This document shows, piece after piece, positions 57,001 to 64,000 of a stretch of 64,000 bases of DNA; position 1 is the stretch's first letter; every line of letters begins with the position of its first letter. The notes below the pieces were generated by a model, which saw only the letters and a program-made list of their open reading frames with translations, made no database searches and was not told where the DNA came from. The position numbers and the translations under genes were made by a program. The DNA comes from Cyanophora paradoxa CCMP329 (lineage: Eukaryota > Plantae > Glaucophyta): the NCBI GenBank assembly GCA_004431415.1, contig QPMI01000263.1:1-64000 (forward strand), written 5' to 3'.

Positions 57001-60000
57001 CCGCTCCATGATCTTCTCGAAGAGGTCGTTCAGCGCGTTGTTCGAGTGCGTCACGATCAGCGTCCGCTGGTCCGGGAAGTTGTGGTAGATGTTCGAGATG
57101 ATCTGCGCCCCGCCGGCCCCGCTCAGACGCCGGCGGCCGGGCTGGGGCTCGGGGTCGGCCGGCTCGCCTGCACGGCAACGTCCGTCTTGCCGGTACCGGG
57201 CGGCCCGACGACCATCGTCAGCCCGTGGCTCATCCCGCTCTTGATCGCCTCCACTGCACGCCGCCGCGTCGGGCGGGCGCGGCGGGGGCGGGCGGCGGCG
57301 GGAGACGCACGCTGGACGGGGGTGAAGGGGACCTTGTTCTGGCGGGGGATGTCCTGGGGGTACGGGCCCGGGTCCGGCGGCAGGTACGGCTCCGCCACGA
57401 TCGGCTGGTCCTTCGCCTCCTGCGGCCCGCCCGCTCGCGCGCCGCCCGGGGAATTTGAGGGGGGGCGCCGGGGCGGACCTTGTCGGGGAAGGTGACGCGG
57501 AAGGGCGGGCGCAGCAGGGCCTTGTCCTCCGTCGAGAACTTCACCTTCTGGTCGGGGAAGCACGAGACGAGGTGCTCCGGCGACACGAACGTGTCCTGCC
57601 GCGCCGCGTCGGGCCCCGGCGGTGCCGCGGGGCGCGGGGCGCCGGCGGGGCGCACCTGGAAGTCGAAGGTCTTGACGGGGTTGGGCATGTTGTAGTAGGC
57701 GGCGGCGGCGGGGTCGCCGTAGCCTGCGCGCGGGGCGGCTCGGGGAGGGGCGCGGGAGAGGCCCCGGGGGCAGGCGGACCGAGGAAGACGTCGTGGAGCC
57801 ACTCGGGGACGACGAAGGGGGCGTTGCAGAGGTCCCGGATCGTCTCCAGCACCGCCTTGAAGTTGTTCTCCTGCGCGCCCGTCAGCCGCCGGGCGGCAAG
57901 GCCGGGGGCGGGGCGGGGGCGGGGCGGGGCGGGCCTTGGGGTTGCGGCGGAGGACGATGTTGAAGGTCTTGTAGGGGTCCTCCCCCGTGCGCTTCATGAG
58001 GAGCTGGTCAGCCTCGTACTGGGAGGCGTCGAAGGAGACCTTGAGGCGCCGCCAGTCGCCGATCGCCTCGTGCTCGTGCTGGTCCTTGTGCTCGTCGATC
58101 CGCACGTTCTTGCTGTCCAGCACCGCCTCGATCTCGGCGCCGCGCACGTAGACGAGGCCGTACTGCTGGGGGAAGGGGAGCCAGGTGGGGACGTCCTCGG
58201 GGCCGCTGCCGACGGGGTTGGAGGCGCGGATGGTGAGGAGGAAGATGACGTCGTGCTGCTTGAGGGTGTCCCACTCGCGCCGCACGTGCGGCTTGGCGTT
58301 GCGGACGTTGAAGTGGACCTCGCCGCGCACGCGGCTCGGCTTGGTCTCGCCGAGGCGCGGCTTGCCGATGTCGTTCATGTCGACCTTCTTGATGGGGATG
58401 GCCATGCGGGCCCACCCCTCGAACACCGTCTCCCCCTTGAAGGTCCGCTTCGGGTTCAGCCGCCGCACCACGTCCTCCACGTCCTCCCGGATCTCGTACC
58501 TGCCCCGCGCCCCGCCCCCGCTCGGCCCCGCGCCCCCGCGCCCCGCCCCGCGAGCGCCCCCGCCGCGCACGTCGACTCGAGGCGGAAGAGGTTGAAGTTG
58601 CGGAGGAGGTAGTCGTGGAAGGTCAGGAACTGCAGGTTCAGCTTCGGCAGCGCCTGCGCCCGGCCCCGCGTCGGCGGCCCGCCGTGCGCGGGGGCGGGGG
58701 CGGGGGCGGGGGCGGGGAAGGGCACCAGGCAGGTCTCGCCGGTGTAGGAGCCCGTGGGGACGAGGTTCTCGTCGAAGAGGACCTCCTGCGGGGCCGTTAG
58801 GCCAGGCACACGGGCAGCGCGGGGGCAGCCGGCGGGCCTCGGTGGGGTACAGCGGGATGGCGTTCATCTGCTCCAGCTGCAGCCGCCGCTTCTCGTGCGT
58901 CAGGACGAGCAGCTCGAGCATCAGCTCCCGGCTCTCCGTCGGCTTCTCCGCCTGCGCGGGGGTCGGCGGGGCGGGGCGGGCGGGGCGGGGGCGGGGGACC
59001 TGGGGCAGGAGCTTGAGGCGCCAGCAGAGCTCGAAGAGCTTCTCGTCGGTGAGGAGCCCGAGGTGCCGCAGGAGCGCCTCCCGCTGCTCGAAGCGCCCGA
59101 TCGACGTCATCGCCAGCTCCTTCAGGTCTGCCGCCCCCGTCGCCCCGCGCCCCCAGAGCGGGGGCCGCCGGGGCGCCCGCACCGCCGAGGAAGTACTTGT
59201 ACGCGATGTTCTGCAGCGTGGAGAGGCGCGTCGTGTGGATCGCCACGAGCTCGTCCTCCGTCTGCGCGCCCCGCGTCGGCGGCGGCGGGGCGGGGCGGGC
59301 GGCGTGCGGGCGGGGGCGGACGAGGAAGGAGCCGGTGTGGTCGTTGATCTCGAAGCCCTGGTAGAACGCCAGCATGTCCAGCAGCTGCGCGTACAGCCTG
59401 CGCGCGCGACGCTCGGCCCCGCCCCGCCCGCCCGCCCGCCCGCCCGCGCGGGTGGCGCCGGCGTGAGGCGCACCGGCCCTCCGGCATCGTCCGCAGAGGG
59501 TGCATGCGGGCCTTGAGGACGATGTGGTGGTCCTGCGCCCGACCCGGAGCGCTCAGCGCAAGACAGCGGGGGCCCGGGCGCCGGGCCGGACCTCGAGGAC
59601 GGCGCGGAAGAAGCGGCGAGTCGGGAGCTGGCCCATGAGGTCGACAAGCAGCTCGAGAGAGCGCTCCAGGAAGAGGACCGTCTCCCGCGAGGCTGGGCGG
59701 AGCGTCAGGCGCCGGGGCCGCGGCGGGCCCGGGCGCGACGCACGGGTCTGGTCTCCCGTGACGCCGGAGAGGGTCGCGAGGAACTCCTTCAGCATTGAAG
59801 GAAGGAAGTTGACCTGCGCGGCGGCTTGGCGGGGTGGGGCGGCGCGGCGCAGGCAGGCCGCGGACCTCGTGGCGCGGGCCGGTCGGCGGGTTCTTCGCCT
59901 CCTTCTGCTTGAGGACCTTCCAGTGCTTCTGCAGCTGCGGGTACGCGCTCAGCTCCTTCTCCAGCTTGCCCGGCGAGAGCGTGTTCCAGATCGGAAGGGA

Positions 60001-60790
60001 GACGAGTCTGTGGGCGAGGGCGCGGCTCAGCTTCGACGCGGGCCGTGCGAGAGGTACGCGGTGGCGCACTTGAGGCACTCCTTTCGGACCATCTCGTCCT
60101 CAAGGCTCTGGAAACAATTGATGAAGAACACGATGTAGGCGGTCCGCTCCGCCAGACTCATCTCCTTGTGCTCGTCCCGAAGGCCCAAAGCGCGGTTGAA
60201 GAACGCCGAGAACACACCATCTCGCTTGTGGAAGGCGCCTGCACGCACGCACATAAGGCGCTACTATGAGCGGGGCCCGGGACAAGGGCGATGGGCGGCG
60301 CGAGGGGCTAGCTGGAACGAGCCAGGCGGCGGCACGGCCCAGCTCCCTAGCTGCCGCACTTCGAATGACGGTCAAGGCGGGAGAAACGAACCCCACACGG
60401 GCACGTTCTCGCGGAACTTCTCGTTGACCATGACGAGGATCGACATCGTGTGCGCTACGGACGACGCCTTCGGATCGTAGTGCGGCCACAGATAGCTGCA
60501 AGCGCGCGGGGCGTGAGGCCCAGCACGGGCCCGGGGCGGCGGGCGGCGGACCTCTCAAGGTACGTGCTGAACTCGAGCAGCATCTTGCGCGTGACTGGCA
60601 TCGAAACGAGGTCCTCATCCTTGTAGATCCGCTCCACCACCTTCTTGTCGAAGGGCTTCTTCGCGTTCGCGCCGACCCAACTTTCCGACGCGATCTGTGT
60701 CAGGGGATCTGCATTGAGCTCCTCGATTGTCGGCGCGTGAACGCCTTTCCTGGGCTTCGCCTTTCCGGGGGCCTCGTCGCCCCGCGGCAT
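54100..60790 (-). CDS. AQR: RNA helicase Aquarius / intron-binding protein IBP160 (SF1, Upf1-like), ~33 exons
   Basis: LEFSTYLE|[52 protein letters not shown]|YEIR, RRNPK|[14 protein letters not shown], Walker [62 protein letters not shown] and [12 protein letters not shown]; acidic/basic tail ending KKGRGKAKK*. One apparent indel near 54500. Confidence 0.97.
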
Positions 60791-61278
60791 CGCTGCTCCG
60801 ACTGGGTACGCGAACTCAAAACACAACCACCCTGCCCGATGTTCGCGGCGTCTGCGGCGCCCGCCAAGGTGCGGTTGACCTCGTCCTGGCCTTCTGCGAC
60901 AGCCCCAGCGGCGGCGTGCCAGGCGTCCCCCGATCTCCGCAGCTCGTGTTCGTCCTCCGTCTCCGTGCGTCCCCGGCCGAGCCCCCGCGTTGTTTCATTG
61001 GATATAGTCCCGTGCTTATGCGGCGACGATCGTACGCCACGGCGATCCGCAGGCCTTCGCGGGCGCCGTCTGTGATCGGAATAATGCCGTGGCGTCGGCG
61101 CCGCTACACAGATCCAGGACGACATTCGGCGGATCGTTGTTTGCGCTCCATGCCACTTTCCGGTGCGTCCTCTCAGAGCGGAGGCGTTGGCGGCGCTTTG
61201 ACGCGCGGCAACCCGCGCAGCGGGCGCCGCTTGTCGTGGCGGGAGGCGGAACGGCTCCCGGTGCCACCCGGCGTCGTG

Positions 61279-62344
61279 ATGGCAAGCGAGGAGCACCAGG
61301 ATGCACCCGAGCCGGACCCGCGGAAGGAGAGGCTGGAGCGCTCGCTCTCATCGCTGCGGGGGCCGGCGGCCGCGCCGGGGCGGCTGCACGCGTCCCTCGT
61401 GCGGGCGGTGGACGCGGCGGCAGAGGCGGTGTGCCGGGCGACGGGCGTAGATCCGCCGGAGGAGCGGCGGCGGGCGCTCCGCTCCGTGCTGCTGCTCGTC
61501 GGCGTGCCCGCGACGGTGATTGCCGCGAGCCAGGTCCTCCCGACCCCCGCCGTCGTCGCCCTGGACATCGGTGCGCCGCCGCCCGCCCCCGGCCGCGCCA
61601 TCGCCGGCGCGAGGGCTCCGTTCGACGCGGGGCGGGGCCAGGGGTGCTGGCGATGAACATGCTCTGGTGGCTGGACCTCTCGGCGATCCAGGTGGCGCAG
61701 AAGCGGATCGAGGCGGACGTGGACGCGCTGCTGCGGGAGCAGGCCGAGGTGGACCGCGAGCAGGAGCTCCTCGTCGCCATCGCCGCCAGCAAGCACGCCG
61801 AGCTCGAGGCCCGCCGCCCCGCCCCGCCCCGCCCCGCCCCGCCCTGCAGCGGCCTCTGAGGCCGGCGCAGGAGCTGCGGGAGGAGACGCAGCGCGTGGCG
61901 GCGGCGCAGGCGGGCATGTCCCCGGGGGAGGCCCTCTTCCGTCGCAGCCGCCTCCTCGTCCGTGCCCGCGAGGTCCTGCCAACCGCCCCGCCCCGCCCCT
62001 CGGGGGCCGGCGCCGAGGCGGGGCGGGGCGGGGCGCAGGTGCAGGAGGACGTGGCGACGGCGTACGCGGCGGAGGCGCACGTGCGCGGCCCCGCCCCGCG
62101 CCCCCCGCGCGCCGCCCGAGGCGAGGCGGGGCGGGCGGCGGCGCAGGTGATGAACCGCATGGCGGAGCTCTCCAAGGAGGCCGACGGCATCGCCATCCGC
62201 TCCGAGGTCCCCCGCCCCAGCCCCGCCGGCCCCGCCGCCCCTCGAGCCCCGCCCCCGCAGGAGCTCAAGAAGCGCGCGGACGCCGTGCTCGCCCCGGAGT
62301 GGATCGCCCCGGAGCCCTGGCAGCCCTGGTCCCGGCCCCGCTGA
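61279..62344 (+). CDS. Hypothetical membrane protein (1-2 TM) with coiled-coil C-terminus; true start may lie upstream
   Basis: SVLLLVGVPATVIAASQVLPTPAVVALDI|GVLAMNMLWWL, then helical exons; ends PEPWQPWSRPR*. Confidence 0.65.
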
Positions 62345-62846
62345 GCTCTCGCCCGCCGTCAGCCAGCACCTCCCATTCCTCGCCTTTCCCCCGACTCGGT
62401 GACTTCCACCTTCTTTCATTTTACGCTCGGTTTTGATTATCGGCTCGGTTTTCATTAGAACGGGAGCTCTCTATCTTCTTTCATGCATATGGGTAAATTT
62501 TGAAGGTTGTGTGCTTTAGGCGTGGGTGTACATTCGCTGTTGTTGTACTCGTAGCTCTAGTCAGTTGTCGTGTGCTTGAGTAGGAGCGCTTCCTAGGTCT
62601 AGATCTTGCTGTTGAACCCATTCACTCCATTTTCGCTGTTTGTCATTAGTACCCACTCCCTTCCATTACATTACGCCAACTCTCGACATGTTATGCGCCC
62701 CGGCGGGGGCTACTGAGGCCCCCGTTCGGCGAACGGGGCTGGTCATGGCTGCGAGTGGTTTTCGCCAGGCCGTGCCCGTCCGCCACGAGTGACTCAGTGA
62801 CGGTCTCACATGTGCACCGGTACCACCAATCATCAAATCACGGGAT

Positions 62847-64000
62847 TCAGCGGGTCGCCCCGGCCTGCGGATGCCGTCAAAGGCGCCTTGAGAAAGAGCG
62901 CGGGCAGAGGCGCACGTCGGCGGCGCTGTAGGCGAGGGCGCCGGCGAGCTGGATGCCCTCCTGCTCGGCGTCCTCCGGCACCGGCGCCTCCAGGGAGCGC
63001 CCGGCGTGCCCCGGCGCGGGGCCCCCTGCAGTCTCCTGCCGGCGCCGCATGAGGCGATCGCCCGCTGTGTGCCCAGGAAAGGAGCCACGACGCACCCGCT
63101 CCTTCCCCTTCTCGCGCGCGGCGGCCTGGCTGCGCGCCCGGGTGCTCCCGCTCGGGCCGGCCATCGCCTTGTCGCCCGCGAGGGCCGCGGCGCGCGCGGC
63201 CGCCGCCTTCGCCGCCCGCTCCCGGGCGCTGGGCCTGCGGCGGCGGCGGGTCAGGTCGCGGGCGACGGGCGGGGGCGCGGGGCGTGGGGCGGGGGCGCGG
63301 GGGCGGACAGAGGGCAGTGGGCGGCGGCGGCGAGCTCGGGGAGGGCGTCGAGGTCGAGGCGGGCGGCCTCGCACTGCTTCCGCAGCTGCTCGAGCTTCTC
63401 CTCGCTGAGCTCCAGGAGGGCCCCCTCCGCCACCCGCCCCAGGTCCTCCAGCACCTCCTGGATCACCTCCCGGTACCCCCCCGGGATCTCCCGGAAGAGG
63501 CCCTCGAACTGCCTCCGCAGCGGCTTCTTCACCTGCGCCCGCAGCGTGGCGGCGTCAGCGGGGCGCGAGGGGCGTTGGGCGGGGCGGCGCGCCTGGTTGC
63601 AGACGCTGCCGAGGGTCTCGATGTAGGTGGCGAAGGGCGCGTTGCGGTACCTCCGCCGCATCGCCTCGAGCACGTGCTCCAGGCGCAGCTCGCCGGCCGG
63701 CGCCTGCCTCTGCGCCGGCGTGTGGGGCGCGGGCGCCGGGCGCGGGCTGCGCGGCGGGCGCGCACGGCGAGCCTGGAGCGGAGGCCGGCGAGGAGGTCGG
63801 CGAGCTCGTGGCGGAGGCCCCGGAAGAAGGCCGGCTTGATCGTCTTCTCCATGAACGCCCGCACGTCCCGCACCACGCTCCGGTACAGGTACCCGTGCAC
63901 CTCCGCCTCCAGGCGCCTGCGGGAGGTCGGCGCCGGCCGGGGGCGCGGGGGCGGGCGCGCTGCGCACTCGTTGTACTTGTCGATGATGGAGGCGGCGGCG
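62847..64000 (-). CDS. 3' part of a hypothetical helical protein (5' end outside the window)
   Basis: Exons VHGYLYRSVVRDVRAFMEKTIKPAFFRGLRHEL, LEHVLEAMRRRYRNAPFATYIETLGSVCNQ and VKKPLRRQFEGLFREIPGGYREVIQEVL, joined by GT/GC-AG introns. Confidence 0.65.

Noticed and set aside
54554-60551. Introner-type mobile introns, given the high intron density
   Set aside because: Introns share only short low-complexity motifs, with no extended intron-to-intron identity apart from the paralog tract.
1-64000. Hundreds of long overlapping Arg/Ala/Gly/Pro-rich ORFs on both strands (e.g. 49054..51432, 57230..59647)
   Set aside because: Expected from stop-codon scarcity at very high GC; real coding segments switch frames at GT/GC-AG introns.
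1-64000. Alternative genetic code, U12 (AT-AC) introns, tRNA/rRNA genes, transposase or reverse-transcriptase ORFs
   Set aside because: TAA, TAG and TGA all end conserved genes, and conserved proteins translate normally; no such motifs were recognised by eye.

Overview
Eukaryotic nuclear DNA with very high GC (roughly 75% by eye) and dense genes. About 17 protein-coding genes are split by many ~50-80 nt introns, so most entries in the six-frame ORF track are GC-bias artefacts; I rebuilt the gene models by hand from splice signals and protein motifs. Recognisable genes are the spliceosomal helicase Aquarius (AQR/IBP160), 20S proteasome beta-1, a membrane-anchored multidomain subtilase, two divergently transcribed glycosyltransferase-like genes, an ACBP-domain protein, an LRR + CCHCR1-like coiled-coil protein and a ZZ zinc-finger protein. 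The main finding is in the first 16 kb: a head-to-head pair of paralogous ankyrin-repeat/tandem-TIR genes. One copy has a canonical TIR_2 domain with the putative catalytic Glu, visible only after splicing (including a 6-nt exon), and ends in a coiled coil plus a CaaX box. The other has a degenerate TIR. This suggests a membrane-tethered paired immune or signalling module. Splicing is also unusual: 10 of 32 modelled AQR introns have GC donors, the donor consensus is GY(C/G)CGC, and (CCCCG)n tracts follow the donor. The style resembles a GC-rich flagellate alga or protist (a glaucophyte such as Cyanophora is a guess only). Single-base indels in C/G runs suggest long-read consensus errors, so some exon boundaries are approximate.
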